Shown here one piece after another: positions 27,997 through 45,364 of a stretch of 64,000 bases of DNA. Source of the DNA: the human T2T-CHM13v2.0 reference genome, Homo sapiens; NCBI RefSeq assembly GCF_009914755.1, contig NC_060927.1. The stretch is one strand, 5' to 3'. Each line of letters begins with the position of its first letter. Position 1 is the stretch's first letter. The position numbers and the translations under genes are program-made. The notes under the pieces were generated by a model. That model searched no databases. It saw only the letters and a list, made by a program, of their open reading frames with translations, and had not been told where the DNA came from.

Positions 27997-28659
27997 TTAG
28001 ATGAAAAGACAAGATTTTCCTTTGTTTATTGAGGCTTGGATTTTGGAATTTTCTTCCAAGTTCTGTGAGCAGAGCAATGGTAGATGGGGACACAGGGATG
28101 TAAGAAAGAACAAATGGGTATGGGTAAGAAATTCTACGCCTGGCCTGAGCCTAGTCTCCATGATCAATGTTGCCTTTGATTTTGGGAGTGCTATAGAGAC
28201 TGCTCAGTTAATTTTATACAAATTCTCCTCATAACTTGTTCAGTTTTGGGCTTTTCTTTACTATATTCCTAGCCTTTCCGTTCTACTGAGAAACTCTTCC
28301 TCTTAAAAGCACCCTTCTGAATGATTGTGTACTTTTTTTTTTCACTTCTGCTTTTACTTACTTGAGATGGCCTTTTTCTGCTAGTTTTGTCCTTTTTCTT
28401 ACTCCTAGAATTATCACTATTGGAAATTTTAAAACTTTATTATAGTTAGGAGCCCTTCATTATTTCAGTCCAGAATAGAACATAAATACACTTTCTTTCA
28501 AATGCTAACAGTCTTATAGTTTATGCTGCCAAACAAAGGCACTGATCTCAATATATTGCCTTAGAGCAGCCGATTAAAATCAACCTTCAAAAATCAACTT
28601 CTTATCTTCATTCTAAAAATCCAAGTTATGATGGCTCCCTCATAATTTTTTATGGTTGC

Positions 28660-28838
28660 TTTAATCAGTTCAAGGTGTTATAACAAAATATCATCCAGTG
28701 GGTGGTTTGTAAATAACAATACATTCATTTGTTATAGTTTGGGAGGTTTGAAAATTCAAGGTGAGGTCAAAGGTAGATTGAGTCAGGTGAGAGTCAATTT
28801 CCTGGTTCATAGCTGGCTTCTTGCTGTTCTTCACAGCA
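28660..28838 (-). mobile_element. MaLR LTR fragment (MST/MLT1-like)
   Basis: tataacaaaatatcat...aacaatacattcatt...aaattcaaggtgagg...ggtgagag..tttcctggttcatag. Confidence 0.55.
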
Positions 28839-29685
28839 GATTTATAAGTAAAGGTAGATTGACTTGAACAAATCATTATAGAACTTAAAATTTGCTTAAA
28901 GCAATGCCTTATTAATATTATGATCAATGAGTAGAGTATATTAAAGAGCTTTTAGATCATTGAATATCACAAACTTTAAGAAAAAAGGTTATTTTTTTAT
29001 TTCAAATATCAATTGATGATAGTTTCAGTATTTATCAAATTCTTAACAATCCAAATTTCTATATATCACGAACTTCAAGTGATTTCTGTCTCATTTCTTA
29101 TTTTCTCTCTTCTCCTAAAGAGAGACTACCCAGGGACCATTTTCTGTATTATTACTTCACTTTTCAGCTTTTTCCTACCAGTCAGTGTAAACATATTTTA
29201 TATAATTTAATACTACTCTATATAATACTCTGTAAAGTTGGTTTACTTTCAGATCTAATATTCATATCCTTAACTACATTTGACTGTTGACTGTGCCTCT
29301 GTATGTGGGTGAGTGTACTGGGCCAGTAGGTGCCTTCGTTACAAGGATGTGTGGCCAAAAGAGACTGTAGTTATGGAAATCTCCATGTGGACCCATCATC
29401 CTACTCTCTTATCCTGCTTCTTACTGTGTCGGTGCTGACTGAGACGATTTCATTTTCCTGTGCTGCATTTGCTTGAAACGCTTCATCCCATTCCTCAGAG
29501 AGCAGATTTGTCTTTAATGTTTTAGTTTCTCAATACTAATATTGATTGTGGAGTTGGGGGTCATATCCTCCTCCCAACCCCACCAAATTGTCTTTAATAT
29601 CGCAGTTTTTCAGTTCACCATATAGTGACTACTTAGATGACCTTCTGTCACACATTCTTTCTAAAGTGTTTATATTAAAATGTAA

Positions 29686-29987
29686 GGCTGGGCACGGTGG
29701 CTCACGCCTGTAATCCCAGCACTTTGGGAGTCTGAGGCGGGTGGATCATGAGGTCAGGAGATCGAGACCATCCTGGCTAACACAGTGAAACCCCGTCTCT
29801 ACTAAAAATACAAAAAGAAAAAATATTTGCCGGGCGTGGTGGCGGGTGCTTGTAGTGCCAGCTACTCGGGAGGCTGAGCAGGAGAATGGCGTGAACCCAG
29901 GAGGTGGAGCTTGCAGTGAGCCGAGATGGCACCACTGCACTCCAGCCTGGGCTACAGAGCAAGACTCCATCTCAAAAAAAAAAAAAA
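29686..29987 (+). mobile_element. AluY SINE
   Basis: gagatcgagaccatcctggctaacac, gaatggcgtgaaccc, gagcttgcagtg; TSD aaaatgtaa. Confidence 0.93.
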
Positions 29988-30081
29988 ATGTAAAAAAAAA
30001 ATCTTTCAATTGGCAATATGAAGAAGAAAAACATTGTAAAGATGGGAATAAAAATTACCTGCATTTGAAAATTAACACTGC

Positions 30082-30991
30082 GGGGGAGGAGCCAAGATGG
30101 CCAAATAGGAACAGCTCCAGTCTCCAGCTCCCAGCGTGAGCGACGCAGAAGACGGGTGATTTCTGCATTTCCATCAGAGGTACCGGGTTCATCTCACTAG
30201 GGAGTGCCAGACAGTGGGCGCAGGTCAGTGGGTGCGCGCACCCTGCGCGAGCCGAAGCAGGGCGAGGCATTGCCTCACTCGGGAAGTGCAAGGGGTCAGG
30301 GAGTTCCCTTTCCTAGTCAAAGAAAGGGGTGGCAGATGGCACCTGGAAAATTGGGTCACTGCCACCCGAATACTGCACTTTTCTGATGGTCTTAAAAAAT
30401 GGCGCACCAGGAGATTATATCCTGCACCTGGCTCAGAGGGTCCCATGCCAACGGAGTCTCACTGATTGCTAGCACAGCATTCTGAGATCAAACCGCAACA
30501 AAGCGGCAGCAAGGCTGGGGGAGGGGCGCCCGCCATTGCCCAGGCTTGCTTAGGTAAACAAAGCAGCCAGGAAGCTCCAACTGGGTGGAGCCCACCACAG
30601 CTCAAGGAGGCCTGCCTGCCTCTGTAGGCTCCATCTCTGGGGGCAGGGCACAGACAAACAAAAAGACAGCAGTAACCTCTGCAGACTTAAATGTCCCTGT
30701 CTGACAGCTTTGAAGAGAGCAGTGGTTCTCCCAGCACGCAGCTGGAGATCTGAGAACGGGCAGACTGCCTCCTCAAGTGGGTCCCTGACCCCTGACCCCC
30801 GAGCTGCCTAACTGGGAGGCACCCCCCAGCAGGGGCAGACTGACACCTCACATGGCCTGGTACTCCAACAGACCTGCAGCTGAGGGTCCTGACTGTTAGA
30901 AGGAAAACTAACAAACAGAAAGGACATCCACACCAAAAACCCATCTGTACATCACCATCATCAAAGACCAAAAGTAGATAAAACCACAAAG
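30082..30991 (+). promoter_or_regulatory. L1 5'UTR internal sense promoter and antisense promoter
   Basis: YY1 motif caagatggcc intact at 30093-30102; partial CpG retention; known L1 5'UTR architecture. Confidence 0.75.
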
Positions 30992-32008
30992 ATGGGGAAA
31001 AAACAGAGCAGAAAAACTGGAAACTCTAAAAAGCAGAGCGCCTCTCCTCCTCCAAAGGAACACAGTTCCTCACCAGCAACAGAATAAAGCTGGACGGAGA
31101 ATGACTTTGATGAGCTGAGAGAAGAAGGCTTCAGATGATCAAATTACTCCGAGCTACGGGAGGACATTCAAACCAAAGGCAAAGAAGTTGAAAACTTTTT
31201 AAAAAATTTAGAAGAATGTATAACTAGAATAACCAATATAGAGAAGTGCTTAAAGGAGCTGATGGAGCTGAAAACCAAGGCTCGAGAACTATGTGAAGAA
31301 TGCAGAAGCCTCAGGAGCTCATGCGATCAACTGGAAGAAAGGGTATCAGCGATGGAAGATGAAATGAATGAAATGAAGCGAGAAGGGAAGTTTAAAGAAA
31401 AAAGAATAAAAAGAAACGAGCAAAGCCTCCAAGAAATATGGGACTATGTGAAAAGACCAAATCTACATCTGATTGGTGTACTTGAAAGTGACGGGGAGAA
31501 TGGAACCAAGTTGGAAAACACTCTGCAGGATATTATCCGTGAGAACTTCCCCAATCTAGCAAGGCAGGCCAACATTCAGATTCAGGAAATACAGAGAACC
31601 CCACAAAGATACTCCTCGAGAAGAGCAACTCCAAGACACATAATTGTCAGATTCACCGAAGTTGAAATGAAGGAAAAAATGTTAAGGGCAGCCAGAGAGA
31701 AAGGTCGGGTTACCCTCAAAGGGAAGCCCATCAGACTAACAGCGGATCTCTTGGCAGAAACCCTACAAGCCAGAAGAGAGTGGGGGCCAATATTCAACAT
31801 TCTTAAAGAAAAGAATTTTCAACCCAGAATTTCATATCCAGCCAAACTAAGCTTCATAAGTGAAGGAGAAATAAAATACTTTACAGACAAGCAAATGCTG
31901 AGAGATTTTGTCACCACCCGGCCTGCCCTAAAAGAGCTCCTGAAGGAAGTGCTAAACATGGAAAGGAACAACCGGTACCAGCCGCTGCAAAATCATGCCA
32001 GAATGTAA
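30992..32008 (+). pseudogene. L1 ORF1p, disrupted
   Basis: ATG at 30992 (MGKKQSRKTGNSK). In-frame TAA at 31085-87 and TGA at 31136-38. The remaining 248-aa frame (31262-32008) holds REKG and YPAKLS. Confidence 0.95.
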
Positions 32009-32071
32009 AGACCATCGAGACTAGGAAGAAACTGCATCAACTAACGAGCAAAATAACCAGCTAACATCATA

Positions 32072-35620
<3,549 letters not shown>

Positions 35621-36236
35621 TATTCTGACTCATAGGTGGGAATTGAACAATGAGAACACATGGACACAGGAAGGGAAACATCACACTCTGGGGATTGTTG
35701 TGGGGTGTGGGGAGTGGGGAGGGATAGCATTGGGAGATATACCTAATGCTAGATGACGAGTTAGTGGGTGCAGCACACCAGCATGGCAGATGTATACATA
35801 TGTAACTAACTTGCACATTGTGCACATGTACCCTAAAACTTAAAGTATAATGATAATAAATAAAATAAAATAAAAAAATAAAAATTTAAAAAAAATTAAC
35901 ACTGCATTTATTTTAGTGATTTATTGTGTGTGTGAGAGAGAAAGATAGTTGCATATATATGTTGACGTCTGCGTGTGTGTTAGTGTGTGAATGCTGAGAA
36001 AGTTCCGTTTACAGCAGAAGAAGTTATAAGTTTTAAAACAGTTTATATTCAAAGCTATAAGCATATCTGTGTACATATGACCAAACTACCTATAAACATA
36101 TTTTATACTTTCTTTACTTAATCATTTGCAAATTAATGTCTCTTCATATCAATAGTCTTCAAAAATAATTTTACATGATTGCATCATATTCTGTCATAGA
36201 AATAGAACGTATTATTAATGTTTTAGGACTAGCAGC

Positions 36237-36782
36237 TGTTATGCCCACTGAGCAGTAACATACTAATACATCAAAACCACAGGGGTTGCAGGAGAGAACG
36301 AGTTTAAAGATGGTGGTCCAGAGTGGAGAGATGGGAGAAGACCCTCAAATCCATCTTCCCCAGGAGTTCTGGGCTAGGGATTTTAAGGGAATTGTGGAAG
36401 GTGATGGGCCAGGAAATTAGGGTTGTAGACTGGTCCATGTACTGGGAGTAAAATCATCAGGATGTGGAAACTGTATAATTTGGTGAGTCAGCTCCTCCTG
36501 AGATCCTTCAGACCCACTGGTGTCAGTGGTTTCACATGAGACAATACTTTAAATGGAAAAATTTTTCGTAGTGCTTATGTTGTTATCTGTAGAGCAGTTA
36601 AGGAAAGCCATAATCTTGTGACAGCGATTCTAGGGCAATAGGTGAACATCTATGAGGAAGTGGGTCAGAGAGCAAGCTAACCGAATGATTAACGCTGAGT
36701 GTGCTACAAGCTTGGTTTATTTTTGCTTCTTTTACTCCCTGGTTCCATGACGAATTTTACAGAGTTTTTAGGGATAGTTTCA
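36237..36782 (-). mobile_element. ERV1-class LTR remnant (MER34/MER39-like)
   Basis: TG...CA bounded, about 545 bp; ggagaagaccctcaaatccatct, aaatcatcaggatgtggaaactg, tggtgagtcagctcctc. Subfamily from memory. Confidence 0.55.
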
Positions 36783-38745
36783 TCAACTGTTTCATGTTGT
36801 TTATAATTCATACCATTTACTGTTTGTAATATAAATTTCTATATAAATAATGAGAAGTTCAAGTGTCATATGAAAATTGGAATAACTGTATCAAAAGTTT
36901 TACCCATTAATAAATCCATGCTTTTCATATTTGGCAAATTCCTTTTCAGAAAGCTGTATAATTTGAAATTTTTTGCAGCAATATAAGTTTGTTTTTAATA
37001 ATGTTTTATGATGATTAGAACACACACATATCTGGATATATACATACAAATAGGTGCATACATACATACAGAGATAAAGGGGAGAGGGTTGGTAGCTAAA
37101 ACGGCTTTAAAATTGTGTCTTTTTAAATTACCATTTTTGAGATGGAATATCACCTATACTTTTAATTTCTATGCCTTTCTAAATGAGGGTTTTCAGCATT
37201 TCCAATGTTTTATTATATCTGTTGTCAAATACATCAACCGTTACTAAAAATTTCTTCCCAAACCCAAAATTATTCATTTTTTTTCTTATAGCTCCATTGT
37301 TGTGATTTTAGTTTCCTCATTTAACTCTTCAATCTCTCTGTAATTCATTATGGTACATATAAAGTAAGGATCAAATTTGATTTCTTAAAAGAAACCAGTT
37401 TCTTATTGGAAATAGCTCTTAACTTTTCCCACTGGTTTATAAAGTGCACAGGAACGCATGCACACACTCAGTCCCAAACACATGCCTTCATTCACATCTA
37501 CAGTAGGGTCTCCTCTAAGATTATCTATTTGTTGCTCATATTGTAGGTTTTAAAAATGAGTTTTTTAAAAAAATATCTACTGTGTAAGTCCTCCTATTCA
37601 TGGTCCTTCTCAATAAATAATTAGGCTATTTTCTTCTGTTTATTCTTTGAGATCAAATTTAAAAACATTACTTCAAGTTAAAAATACTCAGTTGTTATTT
37701 TCTTTAAGCTTGTACAAATCTTATAAATTAACTCTCAAAGAATTGACATTTATGCAATAATTAGTCTTCCCATGTAGGAATAAGGCTCTGAGGAACTATA
37801 TAACCAACAAAGGAATTTAATAATTGGAAGTGTTTTCCATCTTATGGGATGTAGAGGAAATAAATATTACTTCTGTCCTGAATTTAAAGTAAAAATTATT
37901 GAATCATTTGTACCAAGTCTTTGACTTGCACCCTATCTTATCAGCCAGTTTTCTTTTTCTGTGGACTCAGACTGTGTCAGAGGCAAAGAAAGCTTGTAAA
38001 GCTCCAGGATGGATACTCATCTTGGTAAAGCTACTTTTTGTTTTCATTCCATTAAATATAATAAGATGAACTATTTGTTCTATTGGTCACATTCTATTAT
38101 ATAAATTGTGCCTTCCTGTTTTCTAATATTGAACGCTTTAGCTAAAAGAGAAGACATTTTATATCACAGTATTTATTGATTGGCTTTGATGAAATGAATT
38201 TTAGTCTATTAAAGTTTTAAACCTTTGCTTTAGAGCTGTGGAAAAAAATGTTATGTTGAATAAGAATTTTTGAGAACCTCAGTGGAAAAATTTGGTGGGT
38301 GAGGATGTGAAATAACTCATTGTACTGGATTGAGTGCTTTTGTAGAATCTATGAGGAGGTCAGAAGAGATGTTCTCTCCTGTTTCTGTATGCCAGAGGTA
38401 CGCCCTGGGCTCCTTCCATTTTCTTAGGTCCTATGGCAGGGCTGGGATCCCCACTTATGAAGCTCAGTTACATGTTATTCCTCCAAGTTCAGGGAATCCA
38501 CAGTTTCAGGGCTCAGGGTTCACATGGCCTACTAAAACCTAGGTGAATGTCACAGAATGTACTGTCAACAATTTGGAATTTAATGTATAAAAAAAAATGA
38601 ATGAGTGCAGGAACCTGGGAATGGGATGTATTTATCTGCTGAAAGAGAAGACGTGAGAAAATATGAATCATATGTTGACATAGATAGGAAGGTGGATAGG
38701 TGTGTATTACTCAGAATGTTGAGTAAAATACAATAGAAATTTCAA

Positions 38746-39053
38746 GGCTGGGTGCGGTGACTCATGCCTGTAATCACAGCACTTTGGGAGGCCGAGGTGG
38801 GCGGATCACTTGAGGTCAGGAGTTTGATACTAGTCTGGCCAACATGGTGAAACCCATCTCTACTAAGGAAACAAAAATTAGCCGGGTATGGTGGCAGTCG
38901 CCTATAATCCCACCTACTCGGGAGGCTGAGGCAGCAGAATCCAGGGATGGGGAGGTTGCAGTGAGCTGAGATCACATGACTACACTCCAGACTCCGCAAC
39001 AAGAGCAAGACTCCATTTAAAAGGAAAAACAAAAAGAAAGAAAGAAAGAAAAA
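38746..39053 (+). mobile_element. AluS-type SINE
   Basis: Full dimer with A/GAAA tail. Confidence 0.92.
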
Positions 39054-40769
39054 ACAAGTACCTTTGTCTTTTAACCGTCAGTGATTGGTTGCCCAGATAT
39101 TGATTGGGTTCATTATATAAACCAGAAATATCTAACTGCTAGGCATTTAGCAGTTAACAGGGAAATTCCTGCTTACATTCGAGGGTGTGGATGGGTTTTT
39201 ACAGTTTAATTTTTTAGTGCATGTTAAAATCTGTCTCATTATAAAGAAGAGACAAGTAAATATGTGATCCAAAAAATGCTACCACAGAAAAAATATATAT
39301 GCCATAACACTTGAGTTAGGAAAATAATACTAATTACCGGGATTTATGTAGCGTGCTTACCAATTGTTCCTGATCATTATGCAATAAATAATGGCTTTTT
39401 ATATCAACAAGCATGTCAAAAAATTTTTGGTAGGTTTGGATAGGTTTACACTTCTAATTATTCTCCCTGATTTACCTTTTAATATAAAAATTCTGGAAGC
39501 AATGGACACAAACCAAAAATACCATTTTTCAAGTTTCAAAAGTTTAATGGAAGTCAGCTGAAAGATGTCTACCATTAAAAAAAATAATATATGGTTGAGG
39601 TTTGTGTTTCTAGAGTTTATACAAAAAGGCTTGTACACAGATCACTCAGAATTTCAATGACATCTATACACTGTTATTAACATAGTATTTTTAAATAGTA
39701 ATATTTTTGAAGCTTATATGTTATGGTCTTACATGGAATTTAATCTTGGAATTTTAACTTTTGCCTATAGATTTTAATTACACAACAGAAATATTTTCTA
39801 CAACATTATCAAGAATTTATTCTTATATAAACCCTATGTTTTGACAGCATCCTTGGCAATAATACATTTGTAATTGTAAATATTACCACAACACTATTAA
39901 ATGACAGTAATTAGTATGTATATGGAGATAGACATATTTTGAAGAAAATAGACATATATATATATATGACTATTGAAAGAATACAATTTGATGATCATCT
40001 ACCTGATAAACAAATGGAAATTCAAGTAACCTCAGTCTCAAACTTAACATGTAAATTTGAAATAGTTATATGTAATGCTGACTCATCATTCTTTATGCAA
40101 CACAGTCATGTTATTACATGTCATATTCAATTATAACAGTATGAAATTTATGATTAATGTGACCCTATCATTAACAAAAACAATAATACATGTTTGCATT
40201 TCTGTGAGTTTGAAAACCTCTAGTCCATGTAGACTGAATGTATTACAAGCCTACTAGCAGGTTATTTGTTGAGATTCATGACTGAGCAAATAGGTATTTG
40301 CCGGATAATGTTTGAGGCAGACCTTTAAAATTTGGTAAAAAGTTTCTAAAGCAATATGGGGCAGGCGATAAAAAGCTTCTTGGGCATCAGAAACATCGTG
40401 AACTGGGATACTGAAGCAGGAAAGAATTCACTGAAAATGAGTAGTATATCTCAGCCATAATAACGAAAAATTGGTATATCAGAAGCCATTAGGCTGAGGA
40501 CACACCGATACTATATAATTTGTCATTTATTTGGAAAACAAAATCGACCCTCAGGATTTTACGCCCTCAGACAATTAATCTGCATGTATTTAAGATACAA
40601 AAATACATATATACCATCCACATACCCTCATCTCAAAATTAGAACAGCTTGTGTTAAAACATAAAGACTATGACAGTTCTTACTCATTTATCTTTTCACA
40701 GTTAACTATTTCATTTAGATTTTATGGCAATCTGTATTCACATGCTAGCATAGAAGTCATATTAAAAAA

Positions 40770-41010
40770 CCTTGATTGAGATGTAATTCACATATCATAC
40801 TATTTACCCAATTAAAGTGTACAATCCATATGGTTTTTAGCATGTTCAGAGTTATGCAACACCAATACAATCAATTTTAGAACATTTTAATCACTCAGGA
40901 AACTTCAGAACCATTAGTAGTAATTCCTCATTTCATACACCCTGTACTCTCCCACTACTCATTCCCCCCAGGCAATTATTTGTCTACTTTCTGTTTCTAT
41001 ATATTTTTAA
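40770..41010 (-). mobile_element. L1M (L1MB-like) 3' end fragment
   Basis: attgagatgtaattcacatatcatac..tttaccca..aagtgtacaat...caattttagaacatttt...tctactttctgtttctat. Confidence 0.7.
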
Positions 41011-41977
41011 ATGTCCAGAATAGAAATGACTTTATATGTTTTTGAAAACTTTGGTATCAACTACAGTGCTTAAAATGAATACCAGTAACTACATGTATTA
41101 TCTTTGAACAAATTGCTGCTGTGAAATGAAGAAGAACAAAATTCATTTTGCCTTTGGATTTTTCTTGCTATCTTTCTTATTTTTATATACTTTTCATGTG
41201 TAATATTGAGATGACTATGTGAAGGTGAGCTGGGTTATGATTAAACAGAATAAAACAGATAACTCACAGATACTGGCAAGTATAATAAAGTGTTTAGTTA
41301 CGTCCTGAGATTGTCTTATTCAAAGATTTTAAGAAAATGAACTTACAGACACTACCAAGCTATAATCCATATTTTCTGCCTCTGAGAGGCCTTAAAGAGA
41401 ATTGTGAAAGATGTGTGGTTAAATCTTTGCTCCTATTTAGGCCGATTTTTAACCCTATCCCTTGCCCTCAATCAACTGTAAGGTATTGCTCTATTTTCAA
41501 AATTACAAACATCTAAACAGCAATCTGTCACGGGAAGACCTGAGTTCTTTGAATTTCAGTATTTAAAGGCAATGTTTCCTCCAATTCCTAACAGAGAATG
41601 TGTTAGGCAGACATCTCCTGAGACTTGCTCAGAATGCAATCAGGCATGTCTTGATTTGTATAGGCAAATCTCTGCAATTGCTGTGTTTCTTTTAGAATGA
41701 GAGAATGTGCCCCAATTGAATAGACACATTAGGAGTTGCCCTTATTTGGAGTTTGTCTTTCACATGCTTAAACATGATGCTATTTATACATTATTATTTT
41801 TGTAGAAGAGTAAATTCAAATTTATTTATTTCCACTTTTAAATTAAAATCGTGCTTTCAAGCTTGATAAGAGCATGTGAGTTTTTTTAACAAAACAGTTT
41901 ATATAGAACAATCAAGAAATTATTTGAATATTAAAGGTATTCTTAAATATATATAGAAAGTGTATGTGTGTACATAT

Positions 41978-41995
41978 GTGTGTGTGTGTGTGTGT
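41978..41995. repeat. (TG)n microsatellite
   Basis: Direct reading of the sequence. Confidence 0.85.
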
Positions 41996-44900
41996 TTCAC
42001 GTTGGTCAGGAGTATCACATTGAATGGAAAATGTTTAAAAGTACTCCGAAATTTAAAAGTCAATAGCTACATGATCAAGGGCCCCAGTATAATGGGATTT
42101 TAAGTTAATTTTTGGTATTAAATATAATTAATCATGACTGTAATAAGCTATGTCACCAATTTCATAAATTTATGGCTAACTCATATAATCAAATCTCTTG
42201 AATTACATTTACTTCTGCGTGTAAGAAAAATGGATGAGGAAGAACAGATGTTAATATTCTCCATCTCTCTGTGAGACGATATTACTTCCGCAAAGCTTAG
42301 AAAGCAAAATTAACCTTATTGTATAGATAAAGCTAAATATATTCACAAATCTTTAAAGAGTAATACTTAAATTAATGGTCTAAGACAATTTTAAGAACTT
42401 AAGAACGCACTTAAAAAAGGTCCCAAGCTATTTTAAAAATTGCTCCTAATGTTATTCCACTTTAGGCTTCACTTAAAAAATGTACAAGAAGGAAATAAAT
42501 GCTTTTTCATATTGATGTAATATGTGCTTAAGGGTTTACATTTTTAATATGTGTTTTTTCATAGTGACTTACACTTTTGATAGTTAAAAGAAATGGAAAT
42601 AGTAGAGGATCCCTTTGCTTTGGTATGTCTTAGGAAATGAATAAATCTGATGAGTGTGTGATAAATATCCCTGAAGACACAGAGTTTATATATACTGAAG
42701 AAGTTGCAACTTAAAAACAAATGTGGGCAACAGTCTATAGAATGTCCAAGTTTCATTTAAAATTGATAACTATTTTTCTCAGAAAGTAAGTGATACAGTA
42801 TTTGCCTCTTAGGAAAATTGAATTACTAACCAGTAATTATAGTTCTCTGAATCTAATATTCTCAGTGGATTTGTATCAACTGTCTTGGGGCATTTTGGCA
42901 TATGAGGTATAGTGATGTAGCTATATTATAAAATAAAGAAAATTAAGTTCTGATAGATTGCATCTTAAATCTATCTAGTATCATTCTATAAAGCCACTTT
43001 ATAATTTTTTTTCCCAACAGTTTTGTCAAGTAAATTCTATTAACCCAACATGTAGTTCTTTAAAGCACAGGAAGTTTAAAATACAGGCTCAAGATCATAA
43101 TGACATTTATAAAGCTAGAAATAAAATCTGTAGTCCTGATAACTGTACAGATCCACTTTGTCATATGTAGTCTATTTTTGCAAAATTGTGTAGAAAAGCA
43201 ATATATATGGAATGTGCTAATCTTTAGAAGATTTTAAACATCCGTCATCCGCACTATCTCATGTGCTATAATATTTTTGAACCTTTAATTCAGTGTGGCA
43301 TGATATATATTAATCTGTGGATTGCTTATTAAAATATGTATCTGAAAATTTGGATATAACATGGAAATTTGATTATTTTATAATGAGATTTTAGAAAGCA
43401 TGATATATGAGAATCAAGATTCTAGAATAAAAAATATTCAGACATAATTATCCTATTCAGATTTACATGAACAATAAGAAACACCTTACCATTTGAAGCT
43501 TCATAAACAATGAAATACATATTTCTATTGCATCAAAAATTTCTGAAGTATAATATAGCTAAGGAAGAACTAACATCTTCTGGAAAATATAAAGACAATA
43601 ATTATAATTAATGCATATAAAATTTGATTTGGAGAAAGTATTAAAAGACTATTTAGAAAGCTTAAATTCTTCTAAATTCCAAATGTTTGCCTACCGTTGC
43701 CAGATCGGGAGATCCTCTTTTTCTCTGCTTATATCAGTAAGTTTAAATACTGTTTTTAGAAAATATATGCTTTCTCATCAATAGGGAGGTAAGAATACTG
43801 GAGAATGTCATTTTAAATACTCGGATGATGAAAATATTAATCATGCCAAGGGATTTTGTTATCATTTTTTCCTGTAAGAGGACTCAATTTATTTGTATTG
43901 TATATGATAAAATTAAAATACATTTATGTATGTGATCATCTGAAAACAAATGTTCAACCAAGAAAAAATAACTAGCAACAAAATATTCAAAAGCATATTT
44001 TACTGCTGTTAAGGCATATGCCTTAGTTCTTGTTTGTCCTAAGAAATAGAGATTGCATGATAAAAAATATTTTTTTTCCTAAAGCCTTTGTCAATATATT
44101 TGGGACTGTGAATTAACTTTCATTTCAGATGAATATTTCAGTTTCTTATTTTAAGGAATATGTACTTTCAAAAGATTCCAGTATCAAAAGGTGACTCCTG
44201 CAGAAAGGGTTTGAAGGAGATTTAAATGGTTTTCGCTCCTCCTATCATGCAGTAAGTGGAAAAATCCCATAGAAATTTGAGTTAATATGCTCAGCTCTTA
44301 ATTCCATTTAGCAGTTAAGAAATATTTTATTATATATCAACAAAGATGATTATATTTGTACTGCTTTTTATATTTTTAAAGAGAAATACATAATAAAATG
44401 GATATAAAATATAAAACCAATAATTTATAGATCCCTAATTTTATTAATATGATATTTTATGGTAATAATAAAAGCAGGAAACATTTGAAAGCAACTGTGA
44501 GTGCCAAATACTTTGTAAGGAATCTTTCATTTCAAGTTTACAAGAGCTTTGCATGGAGAGCTGTCTTCCTTATAAACTAGGAGGTGTGAAGAACTGAATT
44601 CAAACCCAAATTAGCTTAATCTAAAATGAATACCCTTAACCAGTGTGTTATACTTTCTCCATTGATTTTATTTAACAATTAAACCACTTTTAATCCATTT
44701 CCAAATTTTAGTTTGCGTTCAGTACTATTCAATACCTTTCTTTCAAAAAAACTTCCTTATCATATAAGTAGCATATGCTAATTGCAAGGTATGCAAAAAG
44801 TAAAAAGTAAATCAGAGAGAATGCATAAAATTATCTGCAGTCATACTATCCAAAACACATTCACTCATTAACTACACATTCCTTGGGCTTTCTTCATATG

Positions 44901-45000
44901 TTGGGTGTGTATATATATGTATATACATATATATCTCTCCACATTGCCCCAAATAACTGTTAGACTCCCTGCATCCTAGAGCTTCGGGCCTAAACAGTGA

Positions 45001-45364
<364 letters not shown>

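Noticed and set aside
44156-44251. 96-nt AG...GTAAGT bounded segment
   Set aside because: Stops in all three frames and no other support.
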